A DNA stretch of 51,486 nt from Betaproteobacteria bacterium (GTDB lineage: Bacteria > Pseudomonadota > Gammaproteobacteria > Burkholderiales > SG8-39), in assembly GCA_039931635.1 (NCBI GenBank), contig JBDTRO010000279.1:1-51486 (forward strand). The letters are read 5' to 3'. Shown one piece after another: positions 16,269 to 26,551 of the stretch. Position numbers and translations under genes: made by a program. Numbering within the stretch: position 1 is the stretch's first letter; each line of letters begins with the position of its first letter. The notes beneath the pieces were generated by a model. It was not told the origin of the DNA, searched no databases, and saw only the letters and a list, made by a program, of their open reading frames with translations.

Positions 16269-17027
16269 TTGATGCAGTTCCCGGACCCCGCGCTCGTCGC
16301 CTTGCTCGCCGCCGGCATGCTGCTGGCTGCTTTTCTATACGCGTCGGTCGGCCATGGCGGGGCGTCCGCGTACCTTGCGGCGATGGCCATTGCCGGAATT
16401 GCGCCGGCCGAAATGCGGCCGATCGCGTTGATGTTGAACGTGTTGGTGTCATCGCTTGCGACTTACAAATTCTGGCGCGCCGGCCACTTTCATTGGGCCC
16501 TGTTCTGGCCTTTCGCCGCGGTTTCCATCCCGGCCGCCTACCTGGGTGGCGCAATCACTCTCCCGGGCGCGGCCTACAAGGTGCTTGTCGGACTGGTGCT
16601 GTTGTACGCGGGTTGGCAACTATGGTGGAGCGCCCGCCTGGGAGAGGAACTGCGCCCGGCGCGGCGGTTGCCGGTAACGCTGGCCATGGCGATAGGTGCC
16701 GTGCTCGGCGTGCTTTCCGGCCTCACTGGTGTGGGCGGCGGGATATTCCTGAGTCCGTTGCTGCTGCTGTTCGGCTGGGCGGGAACCAAGCAGACCTCCG
16801 CGGTCGCAGCGCCGTTCATTCTGGTCAATTCGCTGGCGGCCCTGGCGGCCGGTTTTGTAAGGAATCCAGCCCTCCCGCCCGACTATGTCTGGTGGCTGAT
16901 GGCGACGGTGGCCATGGGGGGCTGGGCAGGGGCGGAATACGGCAGCCGGCGCTTCGCCAACCCGCTCATCCGCCAGGTGCTGGCCGTGGTCCTCGCTATC
17001 GCCGGAGGGAAAATGGTTCTGGTGTAG
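16269..17027 (+). CDS. TauE/SafE-family anion (sulfite-type) permease
   Basis: 252 aa, 7-8 hydrophobic helices, with the family-typical motifs SVGHGGASAYLAAM and GVGGGIFLSPLLLL. The start is TTG 16269 or ATG 16272. Confidence 0.75.
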   Translation: MMQFPDPALVALLAAGMLLAAFLYASVGHGGASAYLAAMAIAGIAPAEMRPIALMLNVLVSSLATYKFWRAGHFHWALFWPFAAVSIPAAYLGGAITLPGAAYKVLVGLVLLYAGWQLWWSARLGEELRPARRLPVTLAMAIGAVLGVLSGLTGVGGGIFLSPLLLLFGWAGTKQTSAVAAPFILVNSLAALAAGFVRNPALPPDYVWWLMATVAMGGWAGAEYGSRRFANPLIRQVLAVVLAIAGGKMVLV

Positions 17028-17052
17028 ATTGCGCCTTCTCCAAAGGATCCCC

Positions 17053-17388
17053 ATGAGCAGCTACTACGAATCCGAAGACCTGAAGAAGTTCGGCGACATC
17101 GGCCAGCACGCGAAGAAGCTCGCGGATGGATTTTTCAAGTATTACGGCGACGTCACCGGCACCGATGGCGCGCTTACGAAGCGCGAGAAGGCGCTCATCG
17201 CTTTGGCCGTGTCGCACGCCCAGAGGTGCCCGTACTGCATCGACGCCTATACGACGCAGTGCCTGGAGACCGGTTCCAACCCGGAGCAGATGATGGAGGC
17301 GGTGCACGTGGCCGCGGTGATGCAGGCCGGTATCACGCTGGTGCACTCGGTGCAGATGCAGAACCACCTGAAGAAGATGGTTCTTTGA
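17053..17388 (+). CDS. AhpD/carboxymuconolactone-decarboxylase-fold 'peroxidase-like' protein, partner of the ArsS-type radical SAM enzyme
   Basis: 111 aa: MSSYYESEDLKKFGDIG...LTKREKALIALAVSHAQRCPYCIDAYT... (CxxC redox motif). AAGGA lies 5 nt upstream of ATG 17053. From memory this matches the family found next to ArsS / rSAM-Cys-rich enzymes. Confidence 0.7.
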   Translation: MSSYYESEDLKKFGDIGQHAKKLADGFFKYYGDVTGTDGALTKREKALIALAVSHAQRCPYCIDAYTTQCLETGSNPEQMMEAVHVAAVMQAGITLVHSVQMQNHLKKMVL

Positions 17389-18407
17389 GCACGGCGGTTT
17401 CCCTGAAGCTGGTGAAAGCGAAGTCGAAATACGACTTCGACGGCTTGCTGCGCGAGCGCGGTATCGAGCTGCCGCCGCTGTCCATCGACACGCTGCAGGT
17501 GAATGTCACCAAGCTGTGCAACCAGGTCTGCCGGCACTGCCACGTCGACGCAGGGCCTCAGCGCAAGGAGATGCTTTCGCCCGAGGGCGTCGCCAAGTGC
17601 CTGGAGATCCTGGAGAAGCAGCCGCAGATCGCCAAGCTCGACATCACCGGCGGCGCGCCCGAGCTGCATCCCGCCTTCGATGCCTTCGTCGAGAAGGCAG
17701 TTGCGCTGGGCAAGCACGTGATGGTGCGGCACAACCTGACGGTGCAGCTGGACGGCAATCCGCAGACGAAGGAGAGCAAGGAATACCTGCCGGGTTTCTT
17801 CGCCAGGAACCGCATCGAGGTCATTTCCTCGCTGCCGTACTACCAGGAGTACTTCACCGACGCGCAGCGCGGGTCGGGCGTGTTCAAGAAGAGCATGGAA
17901 GCGATGCGGCGCCTGAATGCCGAGGGCTATGGCGTCGAGGGCAGCGGGCTGCAGCTGAATCTGGTCTACAACCCGGTCGGGCCCTACCTGCCGGCGGCGC
18001 AGGCCGGCCTGGAAGCGGACTACAAGCGCGAGTTGAAGGACAAATTCGGGTTGGTGTTCAACAACCTGTTTACGATCACCAACATGCCGATCAACCGCTT
18101 CAAGTTGCACCTGGACAAGTCGGGGCAGTACGAGGCCTACATGGAGAAGCTGCTCGCGGCCTTCAACCCGGCGGCGGCTGGCGGCGTGATGTGCCGGAGC
18201 CTGATCAGCGTCGGTCATGACGGCCGGATCTACGACTGCGATTTCAACCAGATGCTGGAAATGGATGCGGCGGACGCGAATGGCCGGAGGCTGAGCATTT
18301 TCGATTTCGAGTTCGAGCGCGCGATCCAGCGGCCGATTCGCTTCGGCGACCATTGCCTGGGCTGTACCGCGGGCGCCGGCAGTTCCTGCGGCGGAGCGAC
18401 CGCGTGA
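17385..18407 (+). CDS. Radical SAM / Cys-rich-domain protein of the ArsS (arsenosugar-type) family
   Basis: CNQVCRHC (CxxxCxxC) about 45 aa from the start, and a C-terminal Cys-rich tail MCRSLISVGHDGRIYDCDFNQ...FGDHCLGCTAGAGSSCGG. The start is uncertain: TTG 17385 overlaps the upstream TGA (TTGA), with GTG 17412 as the alternative. The tracked ORF start at 17226 lies inside the previous gene. Confidence 0.75.
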   Translation: MSTAVSLKLVKAKSKYDFDGLLRERGIELPPLSIDTLQVNVTKLCNQVCRHCHVDAGPQRKEMLSPEGVAKCLEILEKQPQIAKLDITGGAPELHPAFDAFVEKAVALGKHVMVRHNLTVQLDGNPQTKESKEYLPGFFARNRIEVISSLPYYQEYFTDAQRGSGVFKKSMEAMRRLNAEGYGVEGSGLQLNLVYNPVGPYLPAAQAGLEADYKRELKDKFGLVFNNLFTITNMPINRFKLHLDKSGQYEAYMEKLLAAFNPAAAGGVMCRSLISVGHDGRIYDCDFNQMLEMDAADANGRRLSIFDFEFERAIQRPIRFGDHCLGCTAGAGSSCGGATA

Positions 18408-18898
18408 AGACTTTTGGGTTCGCTGGCTGGTCCGGCAGCGGCAAGACCACGCTGATCGAAAAACTGATCCCGCTGTTCGTGCAACGAGGTTTGCGCGTCT
18501 CGCTGATCAAGCACGCGCACCATTCGTTTGACGTCGACGTGCCTGGCAAGGATTCCTACCGCCACCGCCATGCCGGCGCGTCGGAGGTGCTGGTGACTTC
18601 GTCGCGGCGCTGGGTGCTGATGCACGAGCTGCGCGGCGCGCGGGAGCCGTCGTTCGAGGAGCAGGTCAAGCACTTCTCGCCTTGCGACCTGCTGATCGTC
18701 GAGGGCTATAAATTCGCGCCCATCCCCAAGCTCGAGGTATACCGTGCCGAAACGGGAGAGGGATTTCTGCACCCGAAGGACCCGCACATCGTCGCCATCG
18801 CGACCGACGCGCGCGTGGAGACCACGTTGCAGCAGCTCGACCTGAACGACCACCAGGGGATCGCCGCTTTTATCATGACGCACCAGAAGTTCGCATGA
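18404..18898 (+). CDS. mobB: Molybdopterin-guanine dinucleotide biosynthesis adapter MobB
   Basis: GTG 18404 overlaps the rSAM stop (GTGA). VKTFGFAGWSGSGKTTLIEKLIP (P-loop)...LLIVEGYK is typical of MobB. Confidence 0.85.
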   Translation: MKTFGFAGWSGSGKTTLIEKLIPLFVQRGLRVSLIKHAHHSFDVDVPGKDSYRHRHAGASEVLVTSSRRWVLMHELRGAREPSFEEQVKHFSPCDLLIVEGYKFAPIPKLEVYRAETGEGFLHPKDPHIVAIATDARVETTLQQLDLNDHQGIAAFIMTHQKFA

Positions 18899-20100
18899 AC
18901 AATGGGCTGCTGTCCGTAGACGAAGCGCTCGAAACCCTGCTTGCCGGCGCGAAACCCGTGTCCGCGGTCGAACAGGTGCCGACCATGGATGCGGTGAATC
19001 GCGTGCTCGCGCGCGACCAGACCTCCACCATGGACGTGCCGCCAATGGACAACAGCGCCATGGATGGTTACGCGGTGCGCCTTGTCGACCTGAAGGGGCC
19101 GGACACGAAACTGCGCGTGGCGCAGCGCATTCCCGCCGGCTCCGTGGGTAAGCCGCTGGAGGCAGGCACGGCGGCGCGAATTTTCACTGGCGCCCCGGTG
19201 CCGGCTGGCGCAGACGCGATCGTGATGCAGGAATTCACCGAGGTGGAAAGAGAAACCGTAAAAGTAAAAAAGATGCCCAGGCCGGGCGAATGGATAAGGT
19301 TGACCGCCAGCGACATTCGCAAGGGTGGCACAGTTCTAGCGGCCGGAAAGCGCCTGCTGCCGCAGGACACGGGTCTCGCGGCCTCGGTCGGCATCAAGGC
19401 GCTGCCCGTTTTCCGGAAAGTGCGGCTAGGACTGTTCTTCACAGGCGATGAGCTGGTGATGCCCGGCGACCCGCTGCCCCCGGGACGGATCTACAACTCC
19501 AACCGCTTCACGCTGAACGGCCTTGCCGCCGCCTTCGGCTGCGAGGTGCGCGACTACGGCATTGTGCCGGACAGGCTGGAGGCGACACGCGAAGTATTGC
19601 GCCGCGCCGCGGCCGAGAACGACATCATCGTCACTTCCGGTGGAGTATCGGTAGGCGACGAGGACCACGTAAAGCCGGCGGTGGAGGCCGAGGGATCGCT
19701 GCTCATGTGGAAGATCGCGATGAAGCCCGGGCGGCCGCTCGCGTTCGGCAGGGTGAAGGACGCCGCGTTCATCGGCCTGCCGGGCAACCCGGTGTCCAGT
19801 TTCGTCACCTTCCTGATTTTTGTCCGGCCTTTTCTTCTGAAAACCCAGGGACAGATAGATACCCAACCCAGAACAATTGATGCTCGTGCGGATTTCGACT
19901 GGCCGGAACCCGACGCGAGACGCGAATTCCTGCGCGTAAAGTGGAATGCGCAAGGCGGGCTGGATCTCTATTCGACGCAGGACTCGGCGGTGATGACCTC
20001 CACCGCGTGGGCAGACGGGCTGCTGGACAACCCGGCGGCCGGCGCGATCCGCAAGGGCGACCGCGTCCGCTTCTTGCCATATTCGGAGCTATACCGATGA
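18895..20100 (+). CDS. moeA: Molybdopterin molybdotransferase MoeA
   Basis: 401 aa with MoeA motifs: LSVDEAL, PPMDNSAMDGYAV, TSGGVSVGDEDHVK and GLPGNPVSSFVTF. Its ATG overlaps the mobB stop. Confidence 0.9.
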   Translation: MNNGLLSVDEALETLLAGAKPVSAVEQVPTMDAVNRVLARDQTSTMDVPPMDNSAMDGYAVRLVDLKGPDTKLRVAQRIPAGSVGKPLEAGTAARIFTGAPVPAGADAIVMQEFTEVERETVKVKKMPRPGEWIRLTASDIRKGGTVLAAGKRLLPQDTGLAASVGIKALPVFRKVRLGLFFTGDELVMPGDPLPPGRIYNSNRFTLNGLAAAFGCEVRDYGIVPDRLEATREVLRRAAAENDIIVTSGGVSVGDEDHVKPAVEAEGSLLMWKIAMKPGRPLAFGRVKDAAFIGLPGNPVSSFVTFLIFVRPFLLKTQGQIDTQPRTIDARADFDWPEPDARREFLRVKWNAQGGLDLYSTQDSAVMTSTAWADGLLDNPAAGAIRKGDRVRFLPYSELYR

Positions 20101-20354
20101 AAGTGAGAGTTCTCTATTTCGCGGGCATCCGGGAAAAGCTGGGCCGGGACGCGGAGGATCTCGTCCTGCCGGCGGGCGTCGGCACGGTTGCCGAGCTCCG
20201 GGTCCACCTCCGGGGCCGCGGCGATGCCTGGGCGGAGGCGCTGGATGAAGGCAAACTGCTGCGCGCGGCGGTGAACCAGGACATGGCGCATCCGACGGCT
20301 GCGATCAAGGCAGGCGACGAGGTGGCTTTTTTCCCGCCGGTGACCGGCGGATGA
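20097..20354 (+). CDS. moaD: Molybdopterin synthase sulfur-carrier subunit MoaD
   Basis: 85 aa starting at ATG 20097 (ATGA overlap with moeA), with a ubiquitin-like fold and the C-terminal FFPPVTGG. Confidence 0.85.
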   Translation: MKVRVLYFAGIREKLGRDAEDLVLPAGVGTVAELRVHLRGRGDAWAEALDEGKLLRAAVNQDMAHPTAAIKAGDEVAFFPPVTGG

Positions 20355-20776
20355 AAATTTCGGTGCAACCGGGTGATTTTGATGTTGGTGTTGAAATAAA
20401 AAATATCTCAAAAAACAACAGCATCGGGGCCGTCGCCAGTTTTGTCGGTTTGGTGCGCGACGTGGCCATGACGCTGGAGCATTACCCCGGCATGACCGAG
20501 CGCGCGATCGCCAAAATCGTCGACGAGGCGAAAGCCCGCTGGCAGGTGATCGACTGCGCCGTGATCCACCGCTACGGCGCGCTCCAGCCGAACGACCAGA
20601 TCGTCATGGTGGCGGTGGCGAGCGGGCATCGCGGCGACGCTTTCGCCGCCTGCGAATTCATCATGGACTACCTCAAGACCCAGGCGCCGTTCTGGAAAAA
20701 GGAGCACACGCCCGGGGGCGCGCAATGGGTGGAAGCGAAGGCGGTCGACGACCAGGCGGCGGAACGCTGGAAATGA
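20351..20776 (+). CDS. moaE: Molybdopterin synthase catalytic subunit MoaE
   Basis: 141 aa: GAVASFVGLVRD...HYPGMTE...VAVASGHRGDAFAACEFIMDYLKTQAPFWKKE. ATGA overlap with moaD. Confidence 0.9.
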   Translation: MKISVQPGDFDVGVEIKNISKNNSIGAVASFVGLVRDVAMTLEHYPGMTERAIAKIVDEAKARWQVIDCAVIHRYGALQPNDQIVMVAVASGHRGDAFAACEFIMDYLKTQAPFWKKEHTPGGAQWVEAKAVDDQAAERWK

Positions 20777-21159
20777 CAGACCTCAGGATGATCCTTGCCG
20801 TCGCGGCCGGCGGCGCCCTCGGGTCCGTCGCGCGCTTCCTGGTGGGCATTGGCGCCACGAGGCTTTTCGGCCTGGCCTTCCCGTGGGGAACGTTGCTCGT
20901 CAACATCGCCGGCTCTTTCCTGATCGGCGTGTTGGTCGAACTGTTCGCCCTGAAATTGGACCTGCCGCAGGAGGCGCGCGGGTTTCTCACCGTCGGCATC
21001 TGCGGCGGATTTACGACCTTTTCGACGTTCTCGCTGGATGCCTACGTATTGATCGAGCGTGGAGACTGGTGGCTCGCGGCTGGCTACGTCGTCGGATCCG
21101 TGGCCCTTTCGATCGGTGCCCTGATTGCGGCCCTCCACCTGGTGCGCTCGCTCGCCTAG
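20773..21159 (+). CDS. crcB: Fluoride channel CrcB/FluC
   Basis: 128 aa from ATG 20773 (ATGA overlap with moaE). GGALGSVARF, WGTLLVNIAGSFLIG and GFTTFSTFS are CrcB hallmarks. Confidence 0.85.
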   Translation: MTDLRMILAVAAGGALGSVARFLVGIGATRLFGLAFPWGTLLVNIAGSFLIGVLVELFALKLDLPQEARGFLTVGICGGFTTFSTFSLDAYVLIERGDWWLAAGYVVGSVALSIGALIAALHLVRSLA

Positions 21160-22430
21160 GCGTCGTCCCTCGCCAGCCGCAGCCCGCTGAACTGCCAGCG
21201 CGCGTCGGGCGGGAAGAAGTTTCGGTAGCTCGCGCGAATGTGGCTCGCTGGCGTGCCGCAAGAGCCGCCGCGCAGCACGTACTGACCCGACATGAATTTG
21301 CCGTTGTATTCGCCCACTGCGCCCGCGGCGATGCGTAAACCCGGGTAGGGCGAGTAGTCGCTGCGCGTCCACTCCCATACATCGCCAAAAATCTGGGCGG
21401 GAGTGCCGTTCGCGGGGCTTTCGCGCAACGGAAGCGGGTGTAGCGCGCCACTTTCCACGAAGTTGCCTTCGCGGGGCGAGTTCCTAGCGGCAACTTCCCA
21501 CTCGGCCTCGGTCGGCAGCCGTTCCTTTGCCCAGCGTGCAAAGGCCTCGGCTTCGTAGAAGCTAACGTGGCAAATCGGCGTGTTCGGATCCACCGGCACC
21601 ATGCCGTGCAGCGTGAAGGTGCGCCACTCGCCGCCGTGGCGCTCCCAGTACGCGGGTGCCTGCCAGCCGAGCGCATTGACAGCGTCCCAGCCTGCGGACA
21701 GCCACAATTCGGGCCTGCGGTAGCCGCCGTCTTCCACAAAGTCGATAAAGTCACCATGCGTCACGGGGTGGGTCGCGATGCTGAACGCGTCCAGCCAGGC
21801 GCGATGGCGCGGCATTTCATTGTCGAAGCAGAATCCGTCTCCGTCGTGCCCGATCTCGCTCAGCCCTTCCGCATGGAAGATCCATCCCCGTACCCGTGCG
21901 CGGATCGGCGTGAGAGGCCAGGGTTTCTGGTATGCGGGCTTGAGCGGATTGCGCGAAAGCAGGTGCTTCAGATCGGTGAGGATCAATTCCTGGTGCTGCT
22001 GCTCGTGGTGCTGGCCCAGTTCAATCAAATCCGCAATCGAAGCGGAGACGCTTGTCCCGGAGAGAAGCTGCTGCATCGAGGCGTCCACGTGGCGCCGGTA
22101 CGCCAGTACCTCGTCCAGTCGCGGGCGCGACAGCATGCCTCGCTCCGCCCGCGGATGCTTTTCGCCGATCGCGTTGTAGTACGAATTGAACAGCACGCGG
22201 TACGCCGGATCGAACGGCCGGTATCCCCGCAAATACGGCTCGAGCACGAAGGTCTCGAAGAACCAGCTGGTGTGCGCCAGGTGCCACTTGACCGGGCTCG
22301 CGTCCGGCATCGACTGCAGCGTGCAGTCTTCCGCTGAAAGCCCCTGCGTGAGGGCCTCGGTGGCACTGCGCACCTGTGCGTAGCTCACGCCGACGTCGGC
22401 GCGGTGGGTCCTGCCGCTGTCCGGATGCAT
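21156..22430 (-). CDS. egtB: EgtB-like sulfoxide synthase (DinB-like N-domain plus FGE-sulfatase/SUMF1 domain)
   Basis: 424 aa: ...[25 protein letters not shown]...[15 protein letters not shown]...[20 protein letters not shown] (DinB_2-like), then a C-terminal GNVWEWT-type FGE domain ([17 protein letters not shown]...LRGGSC). Its stop overlaps the crcB stop (CTAG). Confidence 0.75.
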   Translation of the reverse strand: MHPDSGRTHRADVGVSYAQVRSATEALTQGLSAEDCTLQSMPDASPVKWHLAHTSWFFETFVLEPYLRGYRPFDPAYRVLFNSYYNAIGEKHPRAERGMLSRPRLDEVLAYRRHVDASMQQLLSGTSVSASIADLIELGQHHEQQHQELILTDLKHLLSRNPLKPAYQKPWPLTPIRARVRGWIFHAEGLSEIGHDGDGFCFDNEMPRHRAWLDAFSIATHPVTHGDFIDFVEDGGYRRPELWLSAGWDAVNALGWQAPAYWERHGGEWRTFTLHGMVPVDPNTPICHVSFYEAEAFARWAKERLPTEAEWEVAARNSPREGNFVESGALHPLPLRESPANGTPAQIFGDVWEWTRSDYSPYPGLRIAAGAVGEYNGKFMSGQYVLRGGSCGTPASHIRASYRNFFPPDARWQFSGLRLARDDA

Positions 22431-22491
22431 GGCCCTTGGTCTCCTCCTGGGGCTTGCGCATTTCAGGCTTGAACAGGAACACTATACCCGG

Positions 22492-22519
22492 CTTGATTCC
22501 GGTCAAAATGCCCCCATCT
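22492..22519 (+). promoter_or_regulatory. Sigma-32 (RpoH)-type heat-shock promoter of clpB
   Basis: CTTGATT (22492..22498), 13 nt, then CCCCATCT (22512..22519), against the consensus CTTGAAA-N13/14-CCCCATnT. It lies 33 nt upstream of the clpB ATG. Confidence 0.7.
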
Positions 22520-22552
22520 GCGACCGGGTAAAAGACTATTGGGATCAGACCC

Positions 22553-25144
<2,592 letters not shown>

Positions 25145-25152
25145 CGGCTGTC

Positions 25153-25181
25153 GTCCCCGCGCAGGCGGGGACCCATGTTTT
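25153..25181. terminator. GC-rich hairpin (GTCCCCGC-gcag-GCGGGGAC) followed by ccatgTTTT; likely the clpB terminator
   Basis: Perfect 8-bp stem at 25153..25172, 9 nt after the clpB stop, with a T-run at 25178..25181. It sits inside the 3' end of the convergent ORF 25090..25773. Confidence 0.55.
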
Positions 25182-25748
25182 CAGCCCTGACGCGCCGGGT
25201 CTGCTGCAGCATTTCCTCCCACAAGCCGTCCATGTCCTTGCGGAAGACCACGTCCATGTCCGCGCCCAGCACCGACCAGATGCCGCGATCGATCTCGGAC
25301 TTCAGTTCGCCCGGCCGCCAGCCGACGTAGCCGACGTAGTAGCGCGCGTCGTTCGGTTTGGATTCGATCACCTGGTCGATGGTGTTGACGCGAAATGCCA
25401 TGTACAGGTTCTTCATCACCTGCACCGAACCCGCGCCGGGCGCCGCATCGGTCTTCACCAGCGCCACCAGGGCGCCGCGCGAAAACGGCCCGCCGTAGTA
25501 CACCGGTTCCATCACCTTTTTCGACGGTTCATGTTCGGGGAACAGGCTGCTGAGCGAGCGGCGGGTGGGACGGTTCAGGATCACGCCGACGTGCCCGCCA
25601 TTGGGCCCGGGCGCCGCGAACAGCACGGCCTGCCGGTAGTCGACATCGCGGAATGCCGGGTGCGCCACGAGCAGCATCGCGGATTCCTCGTCCTGGGCCA
25701 GCGCAGGCGGGGACCACGGCGCCGCACAGGCGAGAAAAGCGATGCCAA

Positions 25749-26384
25749 TCAACAGTCGCAGGGCGCGGACCATCCAGCAAATATTGTAACGCCGGAATTG
25801 TGCGTCCGGGGGCCGCTGCGCGCGGCCCGTTCCACCAGTTCCTCCCACAGTCCTTCGGCGCTTTTGCGAAACACCATCGACTCGTCGGCCGGCAGCAGGA
25901 ACCAGCCGTCGCGCGTGACCTCGCTCTCGAGCTGGCGCGGCATCCAGCCGGCGAATCCGGCGTAGAGTCGGTACTGCGCGTCCGGCGCCGCCAGCAGCAG
26001 GTTGATGTTGTCCGGGTGCATCGTAAGGTAGATGTTCTTCAGGACGTGGAACGCCGCGGCCGCGGGCGCGGTATCGGAACGGTACACGGCGATGATCGCC
26101 CGGCGCATCACCGGTCCACCGATGTAGATCGGGTCGCGGTAGTTCTGTGTCGGGTACTCCTGCGACAGGAATTGCGACAGTTTGAGCCGGCTGGGCCGGT
26201 TGACGATCACGCCGACCGTGCTGCCGTCTTCGGTCTGCGTGACCAGGACCACAGATTTAGCGAAATTCGGATCCGTGAGCGACGGTTTCGCGATCAGGAA
26301 CAGGCCATTGGCGGGCAGATTCTGCTGCGCCAGTGCCGGCGCGGAAATCGCCAGCGCCAGCAGGAGGGCGGCCGCGCGCCGCAT
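25749..26384 (-). CDS. Second YqgE/AlgH-family protein with a signal peptide
   Basis: MRRAAALLLALAISAPALAQQ, then LFLIAKPSLTDPNFAKSVVLV...VGVIVNRP...IYIGGP...GFAGWMPRQLESEV...W. Its 3' end overlaps the next paralogue's start by 25 nt. Confidence 0.75.
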   Translation of the reverse strand: MRRAAALLLALAISAPALAQQNLPANGLFLIAKPSLTDPNFAKSVVLVTQTEDGSTVGVIVNRPSRLKLSQFLSQEYPTQNYRDPIYIGGPVMRRAIIAVYRSDTAPAAAAFHVLKNIYLTMHPDNINLLLAAPDAQYRLYAGFAGWMPRQLESEVTRDGWFLLPADESMVFRKSAEGLWEELVERAARSGPRTHNSGVTIFAGWSAPCDC

Positions 26385-26387
26385 GTG

Positions 26388-26531
26388 CTACTTCGGTTTT
26401 CCGGCCTCTTGCGCCGGCGCCGGCTTGCTATCGTCGGGCTTGTAATCTCCGATGACGCCCTTCAGCGGGCAGACCTTGAATGCGGGACAACTCCTGCAGC
26501 CGGCGACGATCGCGATCGGGCATAGCGTCAT
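26388..26531 (-). CDS. Untracked 47-aa Cys4 micro-protein (MTLCPIAIVAGCRSCPAFKVCPLKGVIGDYKPDDSKPAPAQEAGKPK)
   Basis: Hand-translated from the minus strand; it falls below the ORF-track length cut-off. Consensus SD AAGGAG (26539..26544) lies 7 nt upstream of ATG 26531. The stop is 3 nt before the AlgH-like start. High GC3. Pattern CP-x7-CxxCP-x4-CP. Confidence 0.6.
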   Translation of the reverse strand: MTLCPIAIVAGCRSCPAFKVCPLKGVIGDYKPDDSKPAPAQEAGKPK

Positions 26532-26551
26532 ATTGCTGCTCCTTTGGCCTG

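Noticed and set aside
17053-18407. Selenocysteine recoding in the rSAM / peroxidase-like pair (the family is known for Sec-containing members)
   Set aside because: Both reading frames are uninterrupted with no in-frame TGA. The redox motif is RCPYC with Cys at both positions.
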